64,000 nt of DNA from Macrostomum lignano. Lineage: Eukaryota. Of the stretch, positions 49,791 through 61,658 are shown piece after piece. A program made the translations under genes and the position numbers. Under the pieces are notes generated by a model. That model ran no database searches. It was not told where the DNA came from and saw nothing but the letters and a program-made list of their open reading frames with translations. The stretch is from contig NIVC01000152.1 in NCBI GenBank assembly GCA_002269645.1, positions 558,001-622,000 of the forward strand, in the 5' to 3' direction. Every line of letters begins with the position of its first letter. Position 1 is the stretch's first letter.

Positions 49791-49877
49791 TTACCAATCT
49801 TCTTCGTAATAGTCGTAGCTGTCCTCTTCTTCGTCAAGTATTTTGAGCATGTAGCAGGCCAGAACGACGCCAAGCAC
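49791..49877 (-). CDS. Tetraspanin last exon (VLGVVLACYMLKILDEEEDSYDYYEEDW*)
   Basis: gcAG acceptor in phase 0, end of TM4, TAA stop; whole protein about 318-328 aa. Confidence 0.85.
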   Translation of the reverse strand: MLGVVLACYMLKILDEEEDSYDYYEEDW

Positions 49878-49904
49878 CTGCGGATTCGTTAGTTCATAAA
49901 CTGT

Positions 49905-50140
49905 GCGTTAGGAGCGGAACAGCCCAGTGGTAGACGCGCCTGAGTCTCGTGCCACAGACCCCTGGTTTGATTCCATTCGCGTTCGAATTCATTTGGGGTG
50001 TACCTGCCTGACGATTAGAGAGTCAAAGGACGGTTGTACACCCTGAGTGAGCGTGTGTATGAGTGCGTGCCTGTGTACAGTATCGGCGCGCTTGTTGAAT
50101 GCGCTCAGAAGTCAGCGGAATGGGCAGGATTGCTGTCAGC
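49905..50140 (+). mobile_element. SINE family A with tRNA head
   Basis: A-box-like AGCCCAGTGG, B-box-like GGTTTGATTCC, then the family body. Confidence 0.75.
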
Positions 50141-50551
50141 CCAGGTTGTGGAACTAGATCAACTGGTGTGCGTTGGCTCGTTTGGTAGAATCGGTTTGTG
50201 CACTGCTTAGAATCTGTGTTCAGAAGCCGAAAAAAAGTGGCTGATTTTCGGTCTTTGTATAGTCAGTGTTAGGCGCTAGCTAACTCAGTAGTCAGCAAAT
50301 GTTATTAAAACAAATTTTTCACCGTTCGTTTAGTTCTGTTAACATTTTTAGCAACTTTTGTCATGAGTAGTGAATGTACTTCGAGTATTGCAGTGACTTC
50401 ATTAATTCAATTAACTACATGTAGTTGTAAATTGTCGTGTTACTCTTCAATGCCACATGCAGACTAAACTAGAGCGCTAGGGATCAATGAATTGCCTCAC
50501 TTGGGGCTGACTGTGGTTTAGTAACTACCCGGAGCAGAGAGAGAGCCTCAC

Positions 50552-50635
50552 CTGCATTCCAATCAGCAGGCCAGCCAATACTAGGCCGACAACTTCGTAT
50601 TTGGACAGGTAATTAACCACTGCTTCGGGACAGGT
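50552..50635 (-). CDS. Tetraspanin exon 4 (TCPEAVVNYLSKYEVVGLVLAGLLIGMQ)
   Basis: 84 nt, ttttcAG and CAG|GTGAG; last EC2 cysteine and start of TM4. Confidence 0.88.
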
Positions 50636-50737
50636 CTGAAAAAGAGGTTTCGGAGAAATCGTATTTAATGTTAAAATAAAAATTGTTTCAAAAACGATTG
50701 AATAACTTGTGCGTATCTATCTACCTTTGTTGGACAT

Positions 50738-51792
50738 CGCCACCCCCTCTGCCATCTTTCAATTGTCTTACCCGCTACCCAAGATTCTTCATCAGTTGCC
50801 TCCCCGCCACCCCCTCTGAGATTCTTCAGTTGCCTCCCCGCCATCTCTTCTGAGATTTTTAAGTTGTCTGCCCGCCACCCCCTCTGAGAGTCTTCAGTTG
50901 TCTGCCCGCCACCCCAGTGGTGTGATTCAGGCGCGAATTCGCGCCAGGCGCGAAAATGGCGCGAATGCGCGAATCCTGGGGGTCTGGCGCGAAATTTTGT
51001 GGAACCATGGGCGCGAAAATTGCATTCTTATTTTCTGCTTTTTACACTTATTCTCTTGTCAGACAGTATGAAATACAAGAATGTCATAGCTTAGGAGATT
51101 AATCTAACAAACTGAGTTCAATCTCAGGCGTCAGCAGCAGAATGTGCAGAAGAAGAAACAGAAGGAGGCAGAGAAGCTAGCTGAGCTCGTCTTGAAGCGC
51201 AAGGCTGCTGAGCTGCTGTCAACGTCGTCAATCACCAGCACGAGCAGTCGTCTGCCTGCAGACATCGCCAACAAGAAGTTCAGGGGGGACACGGCTGTGA
51301 CTTAAGAGACATGCTAATTGGTAGCCAGACGCATCTTCAAAAGTGTCATCAATTGACTTATTTGGCTGTCAGTAGAATATTATTGGCATGGCGCGAAAAT
51401 TTTCAGTCGGCGCGAAATTTGGCAAACTTTCCAATCACACCACTGCGCCAACCCCTCTGAGATTCTTCAGTTGCCCCCCCGCCATCTCTTCTGAGATTCT
51501 TAAGTTGTCTGCCCGCTACCCCCTCCGAGAGTCTTCAGTTGCCTGCCCGCCACCCCCTCTGAGAGTCTTCAGTTGTCTGCCCGCCATCCTGAGATTCTTC
51601 AGTTGCCTGCCCGCCACCCCCTCTGAGATTCTTAAGTTGTCTGCCCGCCACCCCCTCTGAGATTCTTCAGTTGCCTGCCCGCCATCCTGAGATTCTTCAG
51701 TTGCCTGCCCGCCACCCCCTCTGAGATTCTTCAGTTGCCTGCCCGCCACCCCCTCTGAGATTCTTCAGTTGCCTGCCCGCCACCCCCTCTGC
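50738..51792. repeat. About 34-bp minisatellite (CCCGCCACCCCCTCTGAGATTCTTCAGTTGCCTG) split by the hAT element
   Basis: Units on both sides of 50915-51445. Confidence 0.88.
50915..51445 (+). mobile_element. Non-autonomous hAT-like TIR element (531 bp) inside a minisatellite
   Basis: Perfect 13-bp TIR CAGTGGTGTGATT/AATCACACCACTG; 8-bp TSD CGCCACCC/CGCCAACC (7 of 8); subterminal GGCGCGAA repeats. Confidence 0.85.
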
Positions 51793-51940
51793 CTGTGGAC
51801 TAACTGTGTCGACAAAGATACATGTACGTGTATTAGTAACTATAAGGTGGGCCACTCAGCACGATTGCGTGCGTGCAACCTTACTTCTGTCTTTATCGAC
51901 TTACATGTACTCCCCCCCCAAGCTTAACCTTCTGTTTTAC

Positions 51941-52210
51941 CAAGCCAGCATGATAAAGAAGGTCACCAGCCTTATTGTTCACCCCGGCCGATTCGGCTAC
52001 GAACGGGCAGTCGGGCTCCAGCAGGAACTCGTGCAGGCGCTCGTTCTGGTTGAACTTGGGCCGCAGCACGATGGTCCGCACCCGCCTGTTGACCAGCTGG
52101 CAGCAGGTGGGCGGCCGGACCAGCTGCTTGCCCTGCCAGATCCTGTCCGATTCGTTCCATCGGTTGCTCCCGGTGATGTCGCCGACTTTTTTGATGCCGC
52201 AACAGCCGAA
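51941..52210 (-). CDS. Tetraspanin exon 3 (EC2 with CCG and PPTCC); 3' end either 51941 (GT donor) or 51971 (GC donor)
   Basis: gcAG|TTC: FGCCGIKK...RPPTCCQ...EPDCPF...VNNK; diagnostic CCG and PxxCC motifs. Confidence 0.88.
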
Positions 52211-52283
52211 CTGCGGATGTCAGAGGAGGGTTGTTACGAAACAACGTCACAGCTGGCTCAGAACCGACTGCAATAAAACATTG

Positions 52284-54135
52284 GCGCTAGAATGAGTGCC
52301 TGCGGCGCTAAAATGAGTGCCTGTGGCGCCAAAATGAGTGCCTGTGGCGCTCAAATGAGTGCCTGCTGCGCTAAAATGAGTGCCTGTGGCGCTCAAATGA
52401 GTGCCTGTGGCGCCAAAATGAGTGCCTGTGCGCTCAAATGAGTGCCTGCTGCGCTAAAATGAGTGCCTGTGGCGCTCAAATGAGTGCCTGTGGCGCTCAA
52501 ATGCATGAGTGCCTGCGGCGCTAAAATGAGTGCCTGCTGCGCTAAAATGAGTGCCTGTGGTGCTAAAATGAGTGCCTGCGGCGCCAAAATGAGTGCCGGC
52601 GGCGCCAAAATGAGTGCCTGCTGTGGCGCCAAAATGAGTGCCTGTGGCGCTAAAATGAGTGCCTGTGGCGCTAAAATGAGTGCCTGCGGCGCTAAAATGA
52701 GTGCCTTCGGCGCTAAAATGAGTGCCTGCGGCGCTAAAATGAGTGCCTTCGGCGCTAAAATGAGTGCCTGCGGCGCCAAAATGAGTGCTTGCGGCGCTAA
52801 AATGAGTGCCTGCGGCGCCAAAATGAGTGCCTTCGGCGCCAAAATGAGTGCCTTCGGCGCTAAAATGAGTGCCTGCTGCGCTAAAATGAGTGCCTGTGGT
52901 GCTAAAATGAGTGCCTGCGGCGCTAAAATGAGTGACTGCGGCGCTAAAATGAGTGCCTGCGGCGCCAAAATGAGTGCCTGCGGCGCTAAAATGAGTGCCT
53001 GCGGCGCTAAAATGAGTGCCTGTGGTGCTAAAATGAGTGCCTGTGGCGCCAAAATGAGTGCCTGCGGCGCTAAAATGAGTGCCTGCGGCGCCAAAATGAG
53101 TGCCTTCGGCGCTAAAATGAGTGCCTGCTGCGCTAAAATGAGTGCCTGTGGTGCTAAAATGAGTGCCTGCGGCGCTAAAATGAGTGCCTGCGGCGCTAAA
53201 ATGAGTGCCTGTGGTGCTAAAATGAGTGCCTGTGGCGCCAAAATGAGTGCCTGCGGCGCTAAAATGAGTGCCTGCGGCGCCAAAATGAGTGCCTGTGGCG
53301 CTAAAATGAGTGCCTGCTGCGCTAAAATGAGTGCCTGTGGTGCTAAAATGAGTGCCTGCGGCGCCAAAATGAGTGCCGGCGGCGCCAAAATGAGTGCCTG
53401 CTGTGGCGCCAAAATGAGTGCCTGTGGCGCTAAAATGAGTGCCTGTGGCGCTAAAATGAGTTCCTGCGGCGCTAAAATGAGTGCCTTCGGCGCTAAAATG
53501 AGTGCCTGCGGCGCTAAAATGAGTGCCTTCGGCGCTAAAATGAGTGCCTGCGGCGCCAAAATGAGTGCCTGCGGCGCTAAAATGAGTGCCTGCGGCGCCA
53601 AAATGAGTGCCTTCGGCGCCAAAATGAGTGCCTTCGGCGCTAAAATGAGTGCCTGCGGCGCTAAAATGAGTGCCTTCGGCGCTAAAATGAGTGCCTGCGG
53701 CGCCAAAATGAGTGCCTGCGGCGCCAAAATGAGTGCCTGCGGCGCCAAAATGAGTGCCTTCGGCGCCAAAATGAGTGCCTTCGGCGCTAAAATGAGTGCC
53801 TGCTGCGCTAAAATGAGTGCCTGTGGTGCTAAAATGAGTGCCTGCGGCGCCAAAATGAGTGCCTGCGGCGCTAAAATGAGTGACTGTGGTGCTAAAATGA
53901 GTGACTGTGGTGCTAAAATGAGTGACTGTGGCGCTAAAATGAGTGACTGTGGTGCTAAAATGAGTGACTGTGGCGCTAAAATGAGTGCCTGTGGTGCTAA
54001 AATGAGTGACTGTGGCGCTAAAATGAGTGACTGTGGCGCTAAAATGAGTGACTGTGGCGCTAAAATGAGTGCCTGTGGCGCTAAAATGAGTGACTGTGGC
54101 GCTAAAATGAGTGACTGTGGCGCTAAAATGAGCGC
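52284..54135. repeat. 21-bp minisatellite (GCTAAAATGAGTGCCTGCGGC), about 88 units
   Basis: Direct inspection; source of the 556-593 aa periodic ORFs. Confidence 0.96.
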
Positions 54136-54254
54136 TGACAACACCAATTCTTAAAATAATGTACATGTACAAGTACATGTAGAATTCTTGGCTTTGCCCC
54201 CCCCAACCCCCCCCCCTCAAACAAACTGACTGCATCTGATCATCTTCCTATCTC

Positions 54255-54575
54255 AAGGGAGCAGAGCAGTTCAGCGGTAAGCGCATTTGAGTCTCTCACC
54301 ACAGACCTCTGGTTCGATTTCGTAAAATTGGCCGGTGGGCTGTCGTGCGATTCACAGGCATGAGGGCCAATCCCTCAAGGCGCAGAGAGTGCACATGCTT
54401 GTCAATTAGAAAGTCAGGACCGTTGTAAATGTACACCCTGTGTGAGCGTGTGTGTGAGTGCGTGCCTGCGTACAGCATTGGCGCTTGTGTGCTCAGGAGC
54501 CAGCGGAATGGGCAGAACTGCCGTCAGCGCTGGCGTGTGGGACGATGTCGCCGAGGTTTTGCGACAGGCTGCTCA
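54255..54575 (+). mobile_element. SINE family A, full length
   Basis: AGTTCAGCGG...GGTTCGATTTC head and the complete body. Confidence 0.8.
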
Positions 54576-54737
54576 CAGGCTTCCGGCGAATATTGATTCT
54601 TATATCCTGCGAGAGAAACTTACCTATTTATGTGTAAATTCTACTCTTGGCTCTAAACCGACGCATTATAGACCCGAGATTTATTGCTTTTGTCAGTAGC
54701 CTGTTGCGCAAATGCATAAAAAATTTGTGGAACTTAC

Positions 54738-54962
54738 CCAGACTTGAATACTGTTAATGATGCGAGTGGCGCTCACTTTTTCTTTGTAACTTTTCCTATT
54801 ATTTTTAGAGTCTGTAGGCACTACTGGCAAGTAGTATTTGTTCTGCATTTGAAGTAGTTCATTGCGAATCAGGTTTATCGAGCTCTCCTTGAATACTAGT
54901 AGAATCAAAGCCAGCAGGAGACCCACGTGCAGGAGTAAAATTGCGCTGAGCAGTATTGCGTA
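54738..54962 (-). CDS. Tetraspanin exon 2 (TM3 and EC2 helices)
   Basis: ccAG|TAC: YAILLSAILLLHVGLLL...INSIQVW; 225 nt; TGG|GTAAGT donor. Confidence 0.9.
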
Positions 54963-55076
54963 CTGGAAGGATTGGGAGGCAAGGATGCTAGAATGGTGAG
55001 TTGCTTGCATAATTAATTGGGGAAATGTAATTTCAAATTAAAGCCATTTTTAGCTTGTAAGGGGGAGGCTGTGGGC

Positions 55077-56125
55077 GCTGACGGATCGGTGAGGTGATGG
55101 ATCGGTGAGGTGACGGATCAGTGAGGTGACGGATCAGTGAGGTGACGGATCAGTGAGGTGACGGATCAGTGAGGTGACGGATCAGGTTGGTGACGGATCG
55201 GTGAGGTGACGGATCGGTGAGGTGACGGATCAGTGAGGTGACGGATCAGGTTGGTGACGGATCGGTGAGGTGACGGATCAGTGAGGTGACGGATCAGGTT
55301 GGTGACGGATCGGTGAGGTGACGGATCAGTGAGGTGACGGATCAGGTTGGTGACGGATCGGTGAGGTGACGGATCGGTAAGGTGACGGATCAGTGAGGTG
55401 ACGGATCAGGTTGGTGACGGATCGGTGAGGTGACGGATCGGTGAGGTGACGGATCAGTGAGGTGACGGATCAGTGAGGTGACGGATCAGGTTGGTGACGG
55501 ATCAGTGAAGTGACGGATCAGTGAGGTGACGGATCAGGTTGGTGACGGATCGGTGAGGTGACGGATCGGTGAGGTGACGGATCGGTGAGGTGACGGATCG
55601 GTGAGGTGACGGATCAGTGAGGTGACGGATCAGTGAGGTGACGGATCAGTGAGGCGACGGATCGGTGGTGAGGTAACGGATCAGTGAGGTAACGATCGGG
55701 TTGGTGACGGATAAGTGAGGTGACGGATCAGTGGTGAGGTAACGGATCAGTAAGGTAACGATCGGGTTGGTGACGGATAAGTGAGGTGACGGAACAGTGA
55801 GGTGACGGATCAGTGAGGTGACGGATCAGTGAGGTGACGGATCAGTGAGGTGACGGATCAGTGAGGTGACGGATCAGTGAGGTGACGGATCAGTGAGGTG
55901 ACGGATCAGTGAGGTGACGGATCAGTGAGGTGACGGATCAGTGAGGTGACGGATCAGTGAGGTGACGGATCAGTGAGGTGACGGATCAGTGAGGTGACGG
56001 ATCAGTGAGGTGACGGATCAGTGAGGTGACGGATCAGTGAGGTGACGGATCAGGTTAGTGACGGATCAGTGAGGTGACGGATCAGTGAGGTGACGGATCA
56101 GTGAGGTGACGGATCAGTGAGGTGA
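55077..56125. repeat. 16-bp minisatellite (GTGAGGTGACGGATCA)
   Basis: Direct inspection; fills most of tetraspanin intron 1. Confidence 0.95.
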
Positions 56126-56147
56126 CCCAAATCGCTGGGTCGCTCAC

Positions 56148-56468
56148 CAGCCGCAGCATTCGGGTCTTCTCGTAGCAGGCGCTGATGCAGCCGAGGCCGC
56201 CCATTGCCACACCGACACTGCCAACGGCGCAGAAGACAATGGAGGCCGTCGACACCAAGCTGACGATGTCGGCGGCGGCTCTGATATGCGCCCTGGTGCT
56301 GCCGGTGACGCCGCTGTACTGGAAGGCCATCCGCAGGGTGTCCTTCTTGGCGAACTGAAGGCCGGCACCCAGGGCCAGGCCGCCAGAGCCCATGCCGGCG
56401 AGAGAGAGGCTGAACAGCAGCAGGCTGACTTTGATGACTCGGCGAAGGCATTCGCCGTCACTGCACAT
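56148..56468 (-). CDS. Tetraspanin exon 1 (TM1, EC1, TM2)
   Basis: MCSDGECLRRVIKVSLLLFSL...GGLGCISACYEKTRMLRL; 321 nt; CTG|GTGAGC donor. Confidence 0.9.
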
Positions 56469-56764
56469 TCCTGCGCTTCGATTCCGCCGCCTCTGATGGC
56501 GTGCTTCTTGGTTGCGGCTTAATGGGAGCCTTGTTTGACTTGGGCCATAGACAGACGTTGGTTGAATCAGCTCTGATCACTTTTCGCTTCCGCTTAGGGA
56601 AAGATAGCTTTGTGCTCCAAAAATAGCCCAGCAGTATAAAGCATTCCCCTATTGCTTGAAGATAAGAAGCCAGGCGTGACGTTATTTGCGGTGTTCTGCT
56701 GCTTTAACCATTTTCCATGGACCCGCTTCGAATGCAGACAGGGCCGCCGCCCTCCCACATGCTC

Positions 56765-57520
56765 AGCTGCTGAGCCAGTCTCCCAAATCCTCAGTTGCTG
56801 GTCCACTCTCTCAGATCTTCAGGTCCTGATCCACCCTCCCAGATCCTCAGTTGCTGGGCCAGCCTCCCAGATCCTCAGTTGCTGGGCCAGCCTCCCAGAT
56901 CTTCAGGTCCTGATCCACCCTCCCAGATCCTCAGTTGCTGGGCCAGCCTCCCAGATCCTCAGTTGCTGGGCCAGCCTCCCAGATCCTCAGTTGCTGGGAC
57001 AGCCTCACAGATCCTCAGTTGCTGGGCCAGCCTCCCAGATCCCTAGTTACTGGGATAGCCTCCCAGATCCTCAGTTGCTGGGCCAGCCTCCCAGATCCTC
57101 AGTTGCTGGTCCAGCCTCACAAAGTGTCAGTTGCTGGGCCAGCCTCCCAGATCCTCAGTTGCTTGGACAGCCTCTTAGATCCTCAGTTGCTGGGCCAGCC
57201 TCCCAGATCCTCAGTTGCTTGGACAGCCTCCCAGATCCTCAGTTGCTTGACCAGCTTCCCAGATCCTCAGTTGCTTGGACAGCCTCCCAGATCCTCAGTT
57301 GCTGGGCCAGCCTCCTAGATCCTCAGTTGCTGGGCCAGCCTCCCAGATCCTCAGTTGCTGGGCCAGCCTCCCAGATCCTCAGTTGCTGGGCCAGCCTCCC
57401 AGATCCTCAGTTGCTGGGCCAGCCTCCCAGATCCTCAGTTGCTTGGACAGCCACCCAGATCCTCAGTTGCTGGGCCAGCCTCCCAGATCTTCAGTTTCTT
57501 GGACAGCCTCCCAGATCCTG
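56765..57520. repeat. 28-bp family array (CCTCCCAGATCCTCAGTTGCTGGGCCAG)
   Basis: Same unit as the arrays in Nck intron 2. Confidence 0.93.
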
Positions 57521-58732
57521 GGTCGGCCCGCCTCGCTCAATCTAAACTGGGAGCAGCAGAATGTCCCGACCCTCCGGTTGGCAGAGTTTCCCACGCTACA
57601 GTTCCGGCCCCGCAATCCATCGTTCGGCAACTCCGGGGGAAAGAATATTCGAACAAAGAAATCCCCTAGCTATTGGGAGCGGAGAGGCGGGGGGTCGGAG
57701 AGAGGCTGGCGGGTAGCCAGACGGGAGTAGCTCTGCTGCATCACCGCAGTGCCGCATCGGGCCGGGGAGTCGCAGCATGTCAGGGCCCGCCGGCACTAAC
57801 AGGTTCTGACAGGCGGCGCCCCCCAGTCTAACTAGGGAGCGGCGCTGGGACCGGCTGCTGTAAAAATACCGAGAGAAGACACCGAGAAAGAGGGTGGAGA
57901 GAGAGAGAAGAGAGATGGAAGACTTGGGCGACGAAACGAAAACGACCGACGGGAAACGTTTTTTTTTGCGGATAGATGATAGAAGGAGGAGAGCCACACG
58001 GAGTGAGGGGGCAGCGGCCACGGCAAAGTGGGGCTTTAGGGTCCCTTGGCGTTGCAGACTGCCGCGGACTGGAAGATCCCCAGATGGCTGCAATTGTTCC
58101 GAAAATGCCTCCAGGGTTAGTCCAGGGGTTGGCGCAGACAGGGTCTAAAGCAAATTACAAGCATCATTAAGTGTTTTCTGTTATCCTCCTTGGGGGGAGC
58201 GGGGGTGAAAGATGATCGGTTCCATTCCATTCTCGTTCGGTTGTTGTTTTGCGACAAGTTAGAGAGGCCTACAGTATGCGCCTACGAGTATATCCCAAAA
58301 AATCAATCCCCCAGTATAAAGGGGATTTTTCTCACAGTATGTGACCTCGCGGCCTTGTATCCCCAAGGGATAGACTGTGTTGTGGATTTTTTGGGGTTTT
58401 TTTCACCGACGCAAATTCCCAAAAACTAGACGAACGCGCAGACAATGACGCAATTGTTATTGCAATGAGAATGTGTATAAACTTGTCAATTACTTGGGGA
58501 CCATGCTTCGGTGCGCACATGGGGGGGTTGAACAGCTATACAGACTCGCATAAATTATGAGCTAATATTCATTGATATGCGATACAGTGATGATGCAATT
58601 GACTTTGATTTACTATTTTTATATTCTCTCCACCATGTTATAGGGGGGGACAGCTGGGTCATTTTGTGAATAGGAAAATTAAAAAAACAGGTGCTTATCT
58701 GCGTAATTAACCGAAGCCAAGAGTTGGAGTGT

Positions 58733-59730
58733 TCCCATTTACGATTGGTGCCATTTACGATTGGTGCCATTTAGGATTGGTGCCATTCACGATTGGTGCC
58801 ATTTACGATTGGTGCCATTCACGATTGGTGCCATTTACGATTGGTGCCATTTACGATTGGTGCCATTTAGGATTGGTGCCATTTACGATTGGTGCCATTT
58901 ACGATTGGTGCCATTTAGGATGAGATTGGTGCCATTTAGGATGAGATTGGTGCCATTTAGAATGAGATTTGTGCCATTTAGAATGAGATTGGTGCCATTT
59001 AGGATGAGATTGGTGCCATTTAGAATCAGATTTGTGCCATTTAGAATGAGATTTGTGCCATTTAGGATGCGATTGGTGCCATTTAGAATCAGATTTGTGC
59101 CATTTAGAATGAGATTGGTGCCATTTAGGATGAGATTGATGCCATTTAGGATGAGATTGGTGCCATTTAGGATGAGATTGGTGCCATTTAGGATGAGATT
59201 AGTGCCATTTAGACTGAGATTTGTGCCATTTAGGATGAGATTGGTGCCATTTAGACTGAGATAGGATGAGATGAGATAAGATGAGATTGATTAGGATGAG
59301 ATTGATGCCATTTAGGATTAGATTGATGCCATTTAGGATGAGATTGATGCCATTTAGGATGAGATTGATGCCATTTTGAATGAGATTGGTGCCATTTAGA
59401 ATGAGATTGGTGCCATTTAGGATGAGATTGGTGTCATTTAGGATGAGATTGATGCCATTTAGAATGAGATAGGATGAGATGAGATAAGATGAGATTGATT
59501 AGGATGAGATTGATGCCATTTAGGATTAGATTGATGCCATTTAGGATGAGATTGATGCCATTTAGGATGAGATTGATGCCATTTAGGATGAGATTGGTGC
59601 CATTTAGAATGAGATTGGTGCCATTTAGGATGAGATTGGTGCCATTTAGGATGAGATTAGTGCCATTTAGGGTGAGATTGGTGCCATTTAGAATGAGATT
59701 TGTGCCATTTAGAATGAGATTGATGCCATC
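58733..59730. repeat. Compound 16-bp then 21-bp minisatellite (GATTGGTGCCATTT core)
   Basis: The unit lengthens by insertion of GATGA partway along the array. Confidence 0.92.
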
Positions 59731-61519
59731 TAGGATGCTTAGATGGTCATTAATGATTTTAAGACTTCAGTCAGGGTTCTCTAATGACCAAGGCAAGCCA
59801 TGTATTCATGTAAAATGTGACTCTGTTAGGATCTGCAGAGCTGGCCCGTCAAAATGCTTAAGATCACGCATAAATGGACGATCAAGATTGTAAGGTATTT
59901 CTGCATGCAAGTCTTTGTTTCTTATATAGAACCCCTTCCCGTTGGCTAAGCTTTCACTGGCGATAAGAATCTGCAGAAGAGTGGCATAACAAGGAGGCTG
60001 GAGCGGAGAACACAGTTGCATTGCCTGTAGCTTTTAAAAGCGCTGGCTGGCAGAAACTGCTTCAGCAATTCTGCTTGAGGCGCACGCGCCAGCCCACCTG
60101 AAGCCGCTTGCATCCCTGTACCTGCTTGATCGCAATCAGCGGCGGCAGCAGCAGCAAGGGGGTTGCTTCTTTCGGTGTAAGGGAAAATTTGACATTGATC
60201 TGACGCCGGTGTAATTCCTCTCCATTCTTCTCCCCTTTCCTCTCCTGGAAGGAGGAGCACAAGAAAAAATGTTTACTTGCTTCTGGCAGCGATTTTGTAC
60301 AGAATAAAGGATACGTGGAGTTGTCTGGAATTCGTCAGTTTTGATGAAGACCGCCAAGATTTCATTGGCTTTCGGGGCAGGACTTTCTAATGCTCTGAAC
60401 GATATTCTAATAGGTTTTAAAAATTACAATAATGCCTTCACTTAAGAACTGTAGGGTAGATAGTGGAGTAGACAGTAAGGAGAGTGTGAGGAGACTGGTG
60501 AGTAGAGTGAGGAAGAGGGCGGAAAGAATGTGAGATAGACGATGAGGGAGAGATGAGGGAGAGTAGGAGAGTGTAGAGTAGATAGTGAAAAAGTGCGGCG
60601 AGAGTTTTAGGGTAGATAGTTAGGGAGAGTGTGGGGAAAGTTGTAGGGTAGACAGTGGTATAGTGTGGGGAGAGGGTAGGGTAAACAGTGGTATAGTGTG
60701 GAGAGAGGGTAGGGTAGACAGTGGGGTAGAGTGTGGGGAGAGAATTACAATTTGGGGTTCAATAATTCTAGGCTAGGCTGAGTTTCATTATTTAAAATTT
60801 ACTTATCGAAAAGTCAGTTATTTTCCTAGTGATTGTTTGGCAGTTCAGAAGACGCTGAGCATTTGGCGATGAATGAAAACTGTAACTCATTCTATCTCAA
60901 CATTTCTGTCCAGTCCTAGCCGATGGCCTTTGTTGCGCCCATCGATCGGGTGCGCTGTTCCGCTTGCACCGGATGGCTTCGAATCTTCTTCTGCTACTTC
61001 TTCTGCTGTTTTTTTCCGACAAGAAATTTTGCTCTCTGGCGTCATTGGGACGCCTCCGATGTAGGACGGGACGCCGCCGTCGCTACGCCCTTAGTCTGCC
61101 TGTCTGCCTGTCTGTCTGCTGCTTTTTTGCTTGCATTTCGCTCCGGCTCTTGGGGGCTTTTCTCGCACGGATAGACAGATAAACCCGCCCGCATGGCTGC
61201 AGATGATTTTCAACCCCCCCCCCCAGTTCCGCCGCTTATTTTAATAGTTTCAAAAACATGCCAATAGTTTGGCAACACAACAATGCAATTATGAGAAGCA
61301 TTTTTAGGTCAAGCTGTTTGCTTTGAATTTGACAAACTTTTGGCAATTGCCGGTGTATTGGCTTTTAAATTTGTGTTATGTTAGCCTGACTGTTGCTGAG
61401 CATGAATAGTTAACTACCAGAAACTGTAGGAAAGTGGTTCTAGATAGGGCCTGCGTCAGTAGATTAGGTGGAGCTAGAAAGAGGGCCCCGGTAGATTAGA
61501 TGGGAATAGAAAGGGAGCG

Positions 61520-61600
61520 CCATGGCCGATCGGGCTGGCGGTTGGCGGAGCTTGAATTCGTGGCTTGGAGCGCGCGGACCAATGAGAGCCGTGGCGCTGT
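61520..61600 (+). promoter_or_regulatory. Possible proximal promoter (GC-rich stretch, CCAAT at 61579-61583)
   Basis: Motif and position only, about 80 bp upstream of ATG 61659. Confidence 0.3.
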
Positions 61601-61658
61601 CATTTTAAAATATTATACAAAGGAATTATTCGAAAGACAAAAACAATTTTAGAGACTA

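Noticed and set aside
52393-54235. 556-593 aa ORFs (ALILAPQ, AAGTHFS, AKMSACG repeats)
   Set aside because: Open in several frames on both strands only because the 21-bp unit lacks stops there; they lie in a tetraspanin intron with no splice support.
57540-58190. GC-rich block with several short overlapping ORFs
   Set aside because: No recognisable domain, splice structure or repeat ends.
60470-60740. Purine-rich degenerate stretch as a regulatory or G4 element
   Set aside because: Low-complexity sequence with no specific support.
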